Source: Entomortierella parvispora E1425 (Eukaryota; Fungi; Mortierellomycota). From it: 64,000 nucleotides of DNA. The stretch covers positions 3,224,001-3,288,000 of the forward strand of contig BQFW01000008.1 of the NCBI GenBank assembly GCA_020891255.1. Direction: 5' to 3'. The notes below the pieces were generated by a model. It was not told the origin of the DNA, made no database searches, and saw only the letters and a program-made list of their open reading frames with translations. Made by a program: the position numbers and the translations under genes. This document shows positions 14,761 to 28,000 of this stretch, one piece after another (positions within the stretch are counted from its first letter, which is position 1; every line of letters begins with the position of its first letter).

Positions 14761-15068
14761 AATTTACTTTGACGACACGCGAAGGGAAATGTTCAACCTT
14801 TTACATCCATAGCCAGTTGAGGATCCATCCTAATTAAACATTGTATGCCCTGCTTCGCCCAGTGATGATCCCACCGCGACGCGAAAGTGACTGAACCCTC
14901 TCTCGCTTGAACCGCACGTGACGTGGTTTCTGATTTTTTTTCTCTCTCTCTGCCTGCCTCTCTCTTCCTCGACATGCACCTTCTCCCTTGTGTCATCGTC
15001 TCGCCGGAATCCATTCATTCCTCTTCATTCACCCTGCATTCTCCATCCCAAGCGTACTGAAAGGAGCA

Positions 15069-18000
15069 ATGTTCACTCTCACGGCTGCCCGCTCTCCCCA
15101 TTACGCCGGCTCCAGAGGCGTTATCGCGAAAACCCTCTTGACCTCTACTCGCGTGGTCCGCTGTGGAGGAAGCGGATCAGCGCTTTCGCTTTCACGCAAT
15201 ACCTCATCAAGACCTCTGTCAACTGCGAAACAGGGTCCATCCCCTCTTGGGGGTCGCCTCTCTTCCCGCTCTTTGCTCTCCAAGGACTCCTCTCGCGCGG
15301 GGTTGATCGCCTCCACAGTTGCTTTCAGCAACGGACGAGCACTCGCCCCATGGATCGTGGGATCTATCCGATGCTACCAGAACGGTAACGCAGCACCTCT
15401 TTTTTTCTGGCCTCTTCTCTTTTCTTCCTTTTTCGGAGAATGCTGTGCCTCATGGAGTTTTTGCTACACGGAGCATATTACGGTGGATTGCGCAGATCGC
15501 GATGGTTGGTTGAGTTTAAAACGAGTGTACTCACGTCCCCATGTACTGATGCTGTCGTCACAAATCACCCTAGGTCGAGGAGGAGGTGGGCCGCAGGGAT
15601 TCCGAATCCAGCCCACACCCGAACAGGACCAGAAAGGAAAAGCATTGGAACTCTACGTAAGTCGCAAGCAGCCACAATACCTTTCTAGATTTTTCCGTTG
15701 TTAAAAATAACCTTTTTTATGCGCACTCAGGGAACTGATCTGACCAAACGGGCGAGCGAGGGAAAGCTGGACCCGGTCATCGGGCGCGAAGAAGAGATCC
15801 GTAGAACTATTCAAGGTATCTCACTCTACCCACAACCAATAATTGCTCCTTCAGCGTTGACTGCCTCATCATACTAACCGATCTCATCCACCAGTGCTGT
15901 CTCGTAGAACAAAGAATAACCCTGTGCTGATCGGTGAGGCAGGTGTGGGTAAGACCAGTATTGCCGAGGGACTGGCTCAGCGCATTGTCAATGGTGAAGT
16001 CCCAGAGTCGATCAAGGATAAGAGAGTCATCTCGTTGGACTTGGGTGCCCTTGTGGCTGGTGCAAAATACAGGCAAGTTTTCACCGCATCTTGCGCGGGT
16101 CGTACTTCCATCTTGAAGCAAGCGAGGAAGCGCTAAACAGTTCAGCGCAATATTTCACAATTTAGAGGAGAGTTCGAAGAGCGCTTGAAGGCCGTCCTCC
16201 AGGATGTCACCGCAGAGGAAGGCAAAATCATTTTGTTCATCGATGAGCTTCATACACTGCTGGGTCTGGGCAAATCCGAAGGTGCCATGGATGCTGGAAA
16301 TATGTTGAAGGTAACTGATATGATTCAAAAAGGACTTGGAGGCAATTACATGCTTTGATGAATACTAATATCTTCACTGTTTTATTCATTAACAATAGCC
16401 TGCATTGGCGCGAGGAACCCTCCACTGCTGTGGTGCAACCACCATCGACGAATACCGCAAATATATTGAAAAGGACCCAGCACTGGCCCGTCGATTCCAG
16501 TCGGTGATGGTCAATGAGCCCTCGGTGGAGGACACCATCTCGATTTTGAGAGGACTCAAGGAGCGTTATGAAGTTCACCACGGAGTCCGGATCGCAGATT
16601 CTGCCCTTGTGGCCGCCGCTGTTCAAAGTCACCGTTACATTACGGATCGCTTCCTCCCCGACAAGGCCATTGACCTTGTGGACGAGGCCTGCTCCAAACT
16701 GAGACTGCAACAAGAGAGCAAACCCGACGTAATTGAGAGTTTGGATCGAAGCATTGTTACGATGGAAATCGAGCTGGAGAGTTTGAAGAAAGAGACGGAT
16801 CCTCTTTCTGTCTCTAGACGGCACAAGCTGGAGGATGATTTGTCCTCAAAGAAGCAAGAGTCTCGGAGATTGACAGAGATCTGGAAGGAAGAAAGGTAAA
16901 AGTCGGTACACTAGAGTCGGTTGTCTACGCTATTAGGACATGTCCTTGACATCTTTTCCTGTCTGCAATCTCAATAGAGAGAAGTTGGACAAGATCAAGA
17001 GCACCAAGGCTGACCTTGAGCAAGCTCGCATTGATCTTGAGGCCGCTCAGCGAAAAGGAGACTTTACTCGTGCTTCTGAGCTTCGATATGGTGTCATCCC
17101 TACTTTGGAGGCAAAGCTTCCCAAGGAGGAGACTACCTCTGTGGAGGCTATTGAGGGAGCAATGACCGGAACAGACTCTGCAGATTCTGTTGCTGAGGCC
17201 CCAATGCGCCCCTTGGGAACTCAGGAAGAGGTTGAGAGTTTGATCCACGAACGTGTCACTGCAGATGACATCTCGAGAGTCGTCGCTCGTATGACTGGCA
17301 TTCCCGTTCAGGTAAAGCATTAGCGTATTAGCCCGCGGACTTTGAGGTGACAATGTATAATATGACAACTAACGCTCAATTATCATCTCTGTCCTTTTAG
17401 AACCTACTGAAAGGAGAGAAGGAGCGCCTGCTCAGTATGGAGGCTGCGTTAGCAGAACGGGTGGTTGGTCAGGATGAAGCTATCGCAGCTGTCTCTGAGG
17501 CCGTGCGTCTCAGCCGAGCCGGGCTCTCTAGTCCCACTCGTCCTATTGCCTCTTTCCTGTTCCTGGGTCCTACCGGTGTTGGAAAGGTATGACCGATAGC
17601 TGGTCGTGGTTCCAAGCATGCTATGACACCGACCAAGTTCTAATTGTGTTGATTTTTCTTGTTCATCCTTTGACGCATCTTTTAGACTGAACTCTGCAAA
17701 GCTATTGCCAAGTTCCTCTTCGACACTGAAAATGCGATTGTTCGTATTGACATGTCCGAGTACATGGAGAAGTTCTCTACCTCTCGTCTCATCGGAGCGC
17801 CTCCTGGCTACGTTGGACACGAGGAAGGTGGCGAGTTGACAGAGGCTATTCGCCGCAAACCATACTCTGTGATTTTGTTTGACGAGATGGAGAAGGCCAA
17901 CAAGGACGTTTTCAACCTCATGCTCCAAGTCCTTGATGACGGTCGATTGACTGATTCCCAAGGTCGAACTGTCGATTTCCGAAACACCATCATTATCATG

Positions 18001-18513
18001 ACTTCGAATTTGGGTGCCGACATGTTGGCTTTGGCCGAGGATGATTCTTCGGCAAGAACACAATCGATCTCAGGCAAGACCTCTGTTTCGAAGAAGGCTG
18101 TTGAAGAAGGTGACGAGAGCAAGGTCACGGAGCAAGAGAAGGAAGCTGTGATGCAGGTGGTTCGACACCATTTTGCACCCGAGTTTGTGAACCGTATCGA
18201 TGATATGGTGGTCTTCAATCGATTGTCGCATCACGCCATCCGCGATATCGTCGATGTTCGTCTCAAGGAGGTTCAGTCTCGTGTCGAGGACAGACGCATC
18301 ACAATTGTGGCGGAACCTGAGGCCAGAGAGTGGCTCGCCAACCGTGGCTATAGCTCTGCCTATGGTGCTCGTCCCTTGAACCGTGTCATTCAGAAGCAGT
18401 TGCTGCAGCCATTGGCCAAGCTGATCATTGAAGGCAAGGTCAAGGTCGGTGAGGATGTTGATATTACGGTCGAAAATGATGCCTTGAAGGTCAAGCCCGG
18501 AACTATGAATTAA
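15069..18513 (+). CDS. HSP78: Mitochondrial ClpB/Hsp100 disaggregase Hsp78
   Basis: Arg/Ser-rich presequence and no ClpB N-domain. [48 protein letters not shown] and YGARPL motifs; multi-intron. Confidence 0.95.
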
Positions 18514-19236
18514 ACAAGAAAAAAAGATGGGAGGAGATGGAGGAGTCATTCCCGTGTACCTTCCCATAAAAAAATGTACATAGAGTTGTCAGTGCCCGTC
18601 CAGATAAAAAAAAACTTCTAAAAACCACTTTCATGTATTGACCGGCCCTGAACACCTCCGATCTCGCGTTCGTTTGGTTTCTTGAGAGTATTCTCTTGAC
18701 CGAAAACCTGCTTAGATTGCAATTGAAGAAGCTGCTAGAAAGATGGAGATAGATGGATAGATCGATGCAAGTCTAGTTTGCTGTGCTTGAAACTTCCAGC
18801 GACAGTTTCGTTTTTGAGTCTGGTCGTGGTTGATGATGTGGATCAACAGGCAATGAGTGTTTCTTCATTGTAGAAGTAGCTCGGTCGTTTTTACCCAAAC
18901 TGTCACGCGTTGGATAAAAGGGAAAGGGCATGGTAACCGCATTGATCGGCACGCGCCAGTGTGCTCATCAAACAAACCAAGGCGCGCTAACACCATGCTT
19001 TTCTGGTTGGTTGGCTCTGATGCTCTGATTCCTTTCGTCGACCACCGTGGCGCGCTTTATGTTCATGGGATTGACTCTTCATCTCCTTCAAAAAAGACCA
19101 AGCAGGTCAGCAGAACAGTTGACGATGGTCAGTTCTGTTGCAGTACTCGCCAAAAAAAAAAAAAAAAGGGTACGCGTCTGGTTCCACAGACAGCAGGAAG
19201 AATCAGCAAAGGATCCAAAAAAACTGCAAAAAGAAG

Positions 19237-19308
19237 CTCCTCGACCGGGAATTGAACCCGGGTCTTCCGCGTGACAGGCGGAGATACTCACCACTATACT
19301 ATCGGGGA
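19237..19308 (-). tRNA. tRNA-Asp(GTC)
   Basis: 72-nt cloverleaf TCCCCGA...GTC...TTCAATT...GGAG with perfect anticodon and T stems. An oligo-T terminator follows; the acceptor stem has a C4.A69 mismatch. Confidence 0.95.
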
Positions 19309-19424
19309 TTCGATGAAAATTTCTTTTCCACTATCCCTTAAGAATCACAAATCTAATCACGTGACTATGACATCGCAAGCCACGTGCAAGCGCATAATCA
19401 CGTGAACACCATGCAGTTTTTTGG

Positions 19425-20729
19425 CGAAAAATATATACGTAGCCACAGGAAGTCTGTCCGTCGCCACATCACACAAATGGTGGCTTAGCTGAAGTAATGT
19501 TTTCATTTGACCATCTCGTCTCGCTGGACACATGGCAACCCTGATGAACCACTTTGCTCATTGAACTATCGAAACTAAGGAGATCCATTCACCAACCATG
19601 GACCAACAAACATCGTCACTTCAAGCACTCCTCGACTTCTATTAACGAGGGCGCTCATGGAGTCTACAAAAAGTTTATAGGTCAGCGTGGAGGCACAATG
19701 ACTCATGCATTGACATGCTACGAGGACTATATCAACAACCAGACAAAGCAGATCGAGCTCAAAACCAGGGACGATATGACACGCGCACCTTCCTACGGGG
19801 AATCCCTTGCCTTTGCTCTGATACGCAAAAAGATTTCCTTGTTTGCTCTGAAGGAATTCCATTCCCAGGTTAAACGAACTAGAGATACAACTCTGCCTGC
19901 ATGCACCGATGTCTTCACTAGAGTAATGGGAATTCCATGTGCACATACTATCCTCCACAAGGCTAGAAGCAACGAGCCTATTACCACAAAAGACTTCGAC
20001 GACCAATGGTTACTTGATCCACTGACGATCCAAGCCGAGGCACACGCTGTACCACCGATACTCGTGAGCATTGATGGCCTCTTCGAAGAGATCACCGAAC
20101 TGTCCAAGGCCGAGCAACCATTCGCTTTTGAGAGGCTTCAAAACAAGCTAGTGGCAACCTCTGGCGCACTGCTGCCTCCTAGGGAAGAAAACACCCAGAA
20201 GAAAGGCCGTCCTAAGAAAGCAGACACCAAGAGGATCATGAGTGGGCATGAGCGAGAAGAGGCACGCCTTGCCCACCTCCGAGAAGTTAGGGACGAGGAA
20301 GAAAAGCTTCGTATACTCCAAGAAAAGAAGGAGCAGGAAAAGGAACTTTGTGCTCTCAGAGAGAAGAAGAAGCAAGCAGAGGAGCAACTTGCGCAACTTA
20401 TGGAAGCTAACGATGTCGAAGCAAACGACGAGGAGCGCTTAGTTCGTCGCAAGAGAACGGTTGACCCTGAGGCTGGCAGCCGAATGCGGGGGGTGCATGT
20501 CAAACGCTTCCGTGCAGTAGATGCATAGAGTAGTAGCTTGTCATAGATGGACAGATGGTTGGTGAATGGATCTCCTTAGTTTCGATAGTTCAATGAGCAA
20601 AGTGGTTCATCAGGGTTGCCATGTGTCCAGCGAGACGAGATGGTCAAATGAAAACATTACTTCAGCTAAGCCACCATTTGTGTGATGTGGCGACGGACAG
20701 ACTTCCTGTGGCTACGTATATATTTTTCG
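19425..20729 (+). mobile_element. Mutator-like (MULE) DNA transposon, internal deletion derivative
   Basis: Perfect 175-bp TIRs (19425-19599 and 20555-20729). Flanking duplication TTTTTTGG (8 bp), or GTTTTTTGG(C/T) as a 10-bp TSD if the ends are 19426/20728. The interior encodes a transposase C-terminus. Confidence 0.9.
19598..20528 (+). pseudogene. 5'-truncated MULE transposase (SWIM zinc finger, AT-hook-like motif, coiled coil)
   Basis: WTNKHRHF..STSINEGAH..YK, CTDVFTRVMGIPCAH and KKGRPKK motifs. The DDE core is missing; the frame is uninterrupted; first ATG at 19698. Confidence 0.8.
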
Positions 20730-20872
20730 TTTTTTGGTGAAGTGGCCGCCAACGGTCGGTTTTTGGTCGAACCGTTTGACGCCAAGTATATTTTGACTGA
20801 AGATATTTACATTAGCTGACCATCAAAAGACTAATCGACTGCGGGATGGGTTGAGGTAATGGCAAGGGGCAC

Positions 20873-21444
20873 CTATGCCTTGTAAGCGGTGACTGCAAAC
20901 AAAAAAACATATTAGAACAACAGCGTGAGAACAGAAAAGGGCTGTAGAAATCATTCAGTTTTACCTTCTCCATCCTCTTCGATATAATCGATGAATGGGT
21001 TGGTCGAGAGGGCAGTGTAGATGTGGCCAGGCATCCAGGCAGAGAAGCCTTTGAGAACAGTGTTGTATCGTTGGCCGATTTTGCCACCCAACTCCACGAT
21101 GTCTTTCTCGGCCTTTTCGATAATGTGTGCGGCCGTCGTCTCCTTGAAGACGACAATGTATGACCTTCCGGTGGCTGTTTTCGCAATGACAGTAACGAAG
21201 AGAATATAACGCAGTGTTAGCTGCCAAGAATAAAGACAGCAATGGAGTTTGGGTAACGCATGAAATGAGCAATGGTGAGCTATGTCGAGTGGTCATTACT
21301 TTGGACAGGCTTTCGTTCCTCAACCACATATTGCTGGTCATTGGCTTCATGCATCACGAAAGCATTCATGGGTTCGACTGGCAGAGCAGCAGCTGCCACG
21401 GCAACGACTGCAGCGAGAAGTGCGACGATATGGAAAAGCTTCAT
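20873..21444 (-). CDS. Secreted stand-alone peptidase inhibitor I9 (subtilisin propeptide-like), 3 exons
   Basis: Signal peptide MKLFHIVALLAAVVAVAAA. Domain YIVVFK...GGKIGQRYNTVLKGFSA...IDYIEEDGEV, with no protease domain following. Confidence 0.82.
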
Positions 21445-21542
21445 TTTTGTGCAATTGGAAATGGAGTGGGAAGAGAACCGAAAAAAAAATGTGACGAGGA
21501 TTTTTATTTCGTCTGCGCACGGACCTTGCTCAATGACGATGC

Positions 21543-24501
21543 TCACGAATCTACCGCCATCCCGTTGTCCTCCTTTTCAGAGTCACTCTCGTCAAAGACC
21601 AACCCACGAGATTGGGATTCGCTTTCCTCAGAGTCCAACGGTCCTTGAGGTTCGCTCACACCCACATTTCCAGCTCGAGCTGGCCCTTTACCGGCCAATG
21701 ATTCACCCCTTAGGACCGCCTGTTCATGTTGCTCCTTGACGAGGTTCAGAGTGACTTGACTGAGGAAAGCCGGTACACATTCTCCAAACTCATGTACGGA
21801 TCGCTCCAACGTTTCTCCATGTTTCCTTTGAAGGTTGCCACTCGTAGATCTCCAGGTCATAGCCCCATTGTGACTCTTTAGGTTAAAGACAAACGCTTGG
21901 TCCTGTTCTGGTTCATAGACGGAGACCAATTCCACCTGTCCATTGTCAAGAAAGTGCATCTTATAGCCCAAGAGTGAGTCTACAACTGTGCGAAATTCCT
22001 CCGCTTTGAGTGCCCAGGACTACACATATAAAAAAAAAAAAAAAAACAAGCAATTAGATGCTTGTCCTTGGAATATCAATCGGGAATATTTTCGAGGACA
22101 TACCTTTTGAAGTCTCTTCTCTCGTTTCGTACGATCACGCATATCTTGCACTAGCCGATCACGGTGACCTTTGATTCGGATGTAACTCGATCGAGGGATC
22201 AAGCTTTCGTCCTGCAGCGGTACCTCCGTGTCGCCATCGGCGTCCACAGTTGTGTCTGCTGCTCTGGAGGCAGATGAGGGTCGAAGGTCAGCCACCAGCT
22301 GAATCAGCTCCTCGTTTTCTTTCTCTAGTTCTTCCAGAATTTGTTGCTGTCGAGCGTTCTGCGTGGAGGAGGCATCAGCCTGTTGTGGAGTCTTCAGAGC
22401 CATAGGAGCTAGTGATCCTGCCTCAGTTGCAATTTGATACTTGCTAACAGCAGCTTCCAGAGATGCGTTTTCCTTTCTGAGATAGTCCAGGCCTTCTTCC
22501 AACTCGAGCTTGGCTATCATAACGGTCAGATATGTAAGATTTCGTTACTTCCCGCGTATTTCTCATGGTGCCATGAGGATGTATATCATTTAAACATCCA
22601 AATCAGCATCGTTACCTTGAAGGATTTTCTGCTTCTCTTCCAAGATTTGGTTAAACGAAGTGGCTCGCTGAGCTTCAATTGACCTCAAAAGATCAAGGCC
22701 ACCCGCAGAAATGTCGTCCGCTGCATGGCCACCTGCATGGCCACCTGCATGTCCGACCTTCTCCAGCTGGGCCAACAGCTCTTGAACTTGAGCTTCCAAA
22801 TGTTCGATCCGCACTTTCTTTTGGTTGTCGTATGAGCCGCCCATGAGCTGTGCTTCTTCCGTGTCATATGATTTCTAGAGGAGAGGGACAGTTGAATACG
22901 GGTTGTTGAGTAACATCTTCTGATTTTCCTGTATCCTTTGCACTAATACGTCGCGCTCGGTTACCAGCTGCTCTTTCAGACTTTCAACCTGACGGAGCGC
23001 AAGATCCTTGATGCGTTCCTGCTGGCGAGCACGAGCAGCTTGTTTCTTGCAAGCTTCATCCTTTTCCACTAAAGCTTGCTGCAAGTTATCGACATTCGTC
23101 TCGAGTAACTGGATATGTGTGGTCTGCTCCTTCAAAGTCTTTTCGAGTTCATTCTTTTCCGCAGACAAGGAGGACGCTGTAGCGCGAATAATAGCCAACG
23201 TCTTGACCAACTCGCCAGGGGAGCCAAAGCCTGTAGAGTCCTTGCTCTCCAAAAATACAGTCCTGAGAACAAAAAAAGCGAATGTTAATTATGAGCGGCT
23301 GTTACATACCTTCGCAATACTCAGGTATCCAATGACAGTTTTTACCATTGCTCCTTTTCCTTTGAAAGCATCTCATTTTCAACCTCAAGTCTCGCGCATT
23401 TAGTACGCAGCTCATCCTGCATTTTAAGTCGTTGTTCCAGGCTCGCCTTCTCCTCCTTGAGGACTTCTGCATTCCGATAGAGATCCTTGAAATGTCTGTT
23501 TTCTGCTGTCAATTGTCGGCTTGTTCCTTCCAATTGCTTAATGTAGGCGACCTGGGTCTTGAGCTCTCGCTGTACCCGAGCTACATCGTCTTGCCCGTGT
23601 ATGGAGGATCGCAACTGTCGGATCTGGTCCTCGAGATCTGCGATCTGACCTTGAGCCTCAGTTAGCTGTCGATGTTTCAACTCTGCTAAACTACTTTGTG
23701 ATGCACTGTCTCCTTGTGTCTGTGAAAGAGTTTCCTGTTGGTATGAAATTGAGGCTGTGAGAGTTCGGACTTTATGAGATAGTTCGCTTTCGGTGGCGCG
23801 ACTCCGTTCCTGAAGCTGCGAGAGTTGCTCCTTGATCCTAATGTTCTCCTCTCGCAATCCTGAAATGATATCTGTTGTCGTGGCCTACAATCAAGCAACC
23901 AAAACGTCAATAGTGCAACTAGACACATTAATCTTTCGCCTGACCAGATCCTACATCCCGCCTGTTGTTACCTTGGACTCGAGACCTTCGCTCTCCATAG
24001 TCTGCAACTTTTGCATCAACGACTTTTTTTGCTCGTACAGGAACCTCCGGTCACTTTCCAGAGAGCTGACCCTCTCGTTCAACTTTACATGGAGCATTTC
24101 TGCTTGCCTGGCTTCATGCTCCATCGTCACAATTTTTCTCTCGAGGTCCGTCCTTGTGCTGGAAAGTTCATACTCTGTGTCCCTGAGCCGCTTACGTGTG
24201 ATCTCATGTTCTGTGAATGGACGGGAGTAACTCGATTAGAAATGAACAAGCGACATTACGATTTAAGGCTGAAGTCAGTCCTGAGCATGGCAATTACCCT
24301 CTGTTTCCACTTTTGAGCGACCTCTTGCATTGTCCAGCTTTTGTCCACTTGGCTGTCCTGGATTGCTCTAATAGGAAATAGGGCCAATGTAAATGAATGA
24401 ATGAGCTGATCCTTGGGAAACATAAGTTTATCGCCATGAAGGATGGGCGATGGCTGATGGGTGATTGAGAATCGATCGAAGGACCTCACTCGTACCATCA
24501 T
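21543..24501 (-). CDS. MAD1: Spindle assembly checkpoint protein Mad1
   Basis: Long coiled-coil exons. C-terminal GYKMHFLDNGQVELVSVY...VPAFLSQVTLNL is followed by an acidic tail. The start codon is tentative. Confidence 0.85.
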
Positions 24502-25027
24502 TGCGGTTTGTTTTCTTGTGTGAGTTAAGAGGGATGGCCGAATCCTGCTTAATGTCGTTTATGACTTGGGTGTGGCGTGTCGCGAAGAAGTGGAGGCAGT
24601 GCTCGTTTCCTGTTTCTGCCGTCGTAAGACTGCCGAGGAAGTGTTGGTGGTATGAATGATGGAGAGGATGCAGTCAAGAGGGAACAACAGACAATGGTCG
24701 CGTCTCTGCGCCTCGGGCTCGCGATGGTGGCGCTTCTTAATTTCAAAGCCACCGAAAATTAGATCTTCCCGCAGGTCTGTCTGCCTCAGCGCTATTTCCA
24801 AGGCGACCTTTGTTCCCGTCTTGACAATTTGATGGAGCCCTGGATCCAGAGCGCCATCACTTGAAGGGTGTCAGACCACTAGATGTTTTCTGGCTCTTGA
24901 CCAAGAAGATTACTTTGATGCTCCTTGCTGACCTTCTTGCCCCCCACTTTTATTGAGTTTTAAATACGTCTATACGTTTACATCGGGCAATCTAAAGTCC
25001 TTCTCCCTGTGCGCCGCCTCTAGACCT

Positions 25028-28000
25028 CTACAGGGCGACAGCACTAGCTGCAGTGGTTGCCGTCTCGTCAGCTTCCTTGCTGTGGACCATTTTCTGATTT
25101 TCCAGAAGCGAGAGGAGGTTACTGGGGCCCATCACCTTGGTTGCCACCTGGCGTAGACTCAAAGGACTGACGGGCACACCTTTCGCCCCGTTTTGCTCCA
25201 ATAGACGAATGTTGGCTCGACTGAGGCCCTTCACTCCTTCAATCATAGATGCTTCAGCGTTGAGTTTTCCAAACGCAGTGGTCCACTGCAGTTCAAACTC
25301 ATACTTCCTGCCGCCGCTGTTACCGTCACTGCGTGAAACCGCTGGATTCTCTGTCGTTGCTATTTCAGTTGAAGACTGCACCTGCAATGATTCCACTTCT
25401 ACTTCTGAGTTGCTCGCTTGGTTATGGCCCTCCTGCTCAATGAGATTCCAGACACTTACATCTCCGTCCAGGTTACCAATCGAGAGAGACCATCCTTTCT
25501 GAGACTGCGAAGTTGTTAAGGCGCTCCATGCAAAGGTCTCAGCGTCGCCTCGAATGTTCTCCATCATCGTCAACTGCTGCCCAATTGTCAGATCCCAAAG
25601 GCGGATGAGACCTTTTTTGCAGCACGATATGAGTAGCTTGCTGTCAGGAGAAAAGGCTGCCCGTACGAATCCTTCGGTCTCTCCTCCCAGATCCCACAAT
25701 AACTTGCCGCACAATACGTCCCATATTTGAAAAGATCCATAATCAGACTCAGGATACTCGATATTTGTCGCCAGCAGGGTTCCATCACGCGAGAATTGCA
25801 AAACTTCTCTGCTGCCAATGTCAACTGTCTGAAGGCACGCTCCAGTGGCCGTGTCCCAGACGCGAAGAGTGCAGTCGTCCAACGAAGTGGTCGCAATCCT
25901 TGTTCCATGAAGTAAGAACGCCATCTTCTCGACATCGCTCGTGTGTCCTTGCAATACATGATTGCATTGGCCTGTCTGAACATCCCAGAGTCGGACAGTC
26001 GTATCTCTGCTGCCTGTGGCTAGAATCGCGTGTTTTCCTCCCGGAGGTGAGAAAAGAAACGTTGTCGGGGAGTGCTCATGGCCCTCCAATAGATGCTCAA
26101 GTGCGCCAGTTTGTATGTTCCAAATCAAAGCTGCACCACGGACACCAGCTGTGGCAAGCAACTTGCCATCGACTGAGATAGCTAAATCGCTCATGTAATT
26201 CCGGACGTCTGATATGAGGTCCTCATCGTCTGGGTCGTGTACGTGTCTTGCAAGCTCAAAATTACACAGGCCTGTTTCGAAGTTCCAGATCCTGGTCTTC
26301 CTATCTCGTCCTGAAGTTACGACGTGAAGGCCGTCTGGCGACGAAGCGAGTTCGGAGATTGTGTAATTTGGGTCCTGAAGCGCCTGAATTGCCTTGCCCG
26401 TCTTTTTATCCCATATCCTAACTGCGTTCATACACAAGGAGGCAATGTGCTGGCCGTCAGGAAGGTGGATGATGCGGTACACCATAGATGCATGTGGCGA
26501 CCCTTCCCCAGTTGGCACAGCTGATGCCTTAGCATCCCAAAGTCGGATTGTGAAATCATAGCTGCTGGATACAATTTGGAGCCCATCAGGAGTGAATGCC
26601 GCACGCACAACATTATGTGTATGACCGCTGTGGACAGGGCCAGGGGTTCCGATTTGAGCATCCCAGAGTCGTATTGTTTTGTCTTCACTGGAGGTAAGGA
26701 TCTGCTTGCCGTTGGGTGAGTACACGACGGTGTTTATCTGTGCTGAGTGTCCTTTCATGACAGCGCCTGCAGTGCCTGTTGTCGAGTCCCAGAGTCGGAT
26801 TTCCCCGAAGCTGTCGACAGATACAATCTGCTGGCCATTGGGAGAGTACGCAAGGTCAAAAATAGAGCCTTCGTGTCCCGTCAAGGTCATGAGACAGCTA
26901 CCGTCCTGAACATCCCAAATCTTGATCATTCGATCCAAGCTATAGGATGCAAGATGTTTATCGTCCTGAGAGAAAGCGATTCCGTTCGGGTGAGCTGAGT
27001 GGCCGCGCAGAAAATGCATATTTCCTCCAGATGAGAGACTCCAAAGAGCCACGGCGCCATCAGCATAGCAGGAAGCAATAATCCCTCCATCATGGGAGAA
27101 TTGGACCATCGGGATAGTGAGACGTTTTTCTCGATTTTTTTCTTCCTCGTCATAGTCTTTGTCCTCCTCGGGATCGTTTTCCCCATCCATACGATCATCC
27201 TCTTTTTCGTTGTCTTCCAAGTTTTTCTCAAAATCTTCTTTCTCCTGCCCTTCCTTTTCGTGAACATCTGGGCGTGTGTAAATTTGTTCCACTAATCCCG
27301 TCTTAGCATTCCAGACCCGCAAAGTTCCATCAAAGCTCGCTGACAAAATATAATGGCCGTCTGGTGAGAATTCCAATCCTGCGATGGCATCGGAGTGGCC
27401 CTCCAACGGCAAGAAGGTTCCTGTTGCAATATCCCAGAGTCTTACAACTTTGTCATCCCCTCCTGTGACAGCGGTTTTTCCGTCGGGTGAAAGTTTGAGG
27501 TGATGAGCTCTGTTGTCGAATACATCATCGAAGGGCTGTTCCAGAGTTGTACTTGTCATCCATGTTGAAGTGTTGTAGATGACAATCTTGCCGTAATCAG
27601 TGCTAGCTGCCAGGATCTTCCCATCGAGTGAAATGGCAAAAGGACCAAGGAATTCCTCATCCTTGAGTGTCGGTAATTCTCCAAATTTTGCAGCGTGCAT
27701 TTGTGCGTTTTGCAGGTTCGCTCGACGAAGCCAAGCACTTTGGAGATTTGCCTTCCTGAGGTCGGCTCCAGTCAGTAGAGCTGAGTCGAAGACGCCGAAG
27801 CTAAGATCCGCGCCTGGGACTCTAATGCCTCGAAGGTCCTGACCAGAGAAATGGTGGCCTGATCTGACAAGAATCGTGATTGCGTTTGTAGCTGCAATAC
27901 GCCACTTATCGCTGTCTTTGGATTCTTGAATGTATTCCAGAAGTTGGTTCTTGAAGGCTTCTTCAGCCTGCGAGCGTTCGACAAGGAACTGAATGACCGA

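Noticed and set aside
14760-15069. Heat-shock element in the HSP78 promoter
   Set aside because: No canonical nGAAnnTTCn array was found.
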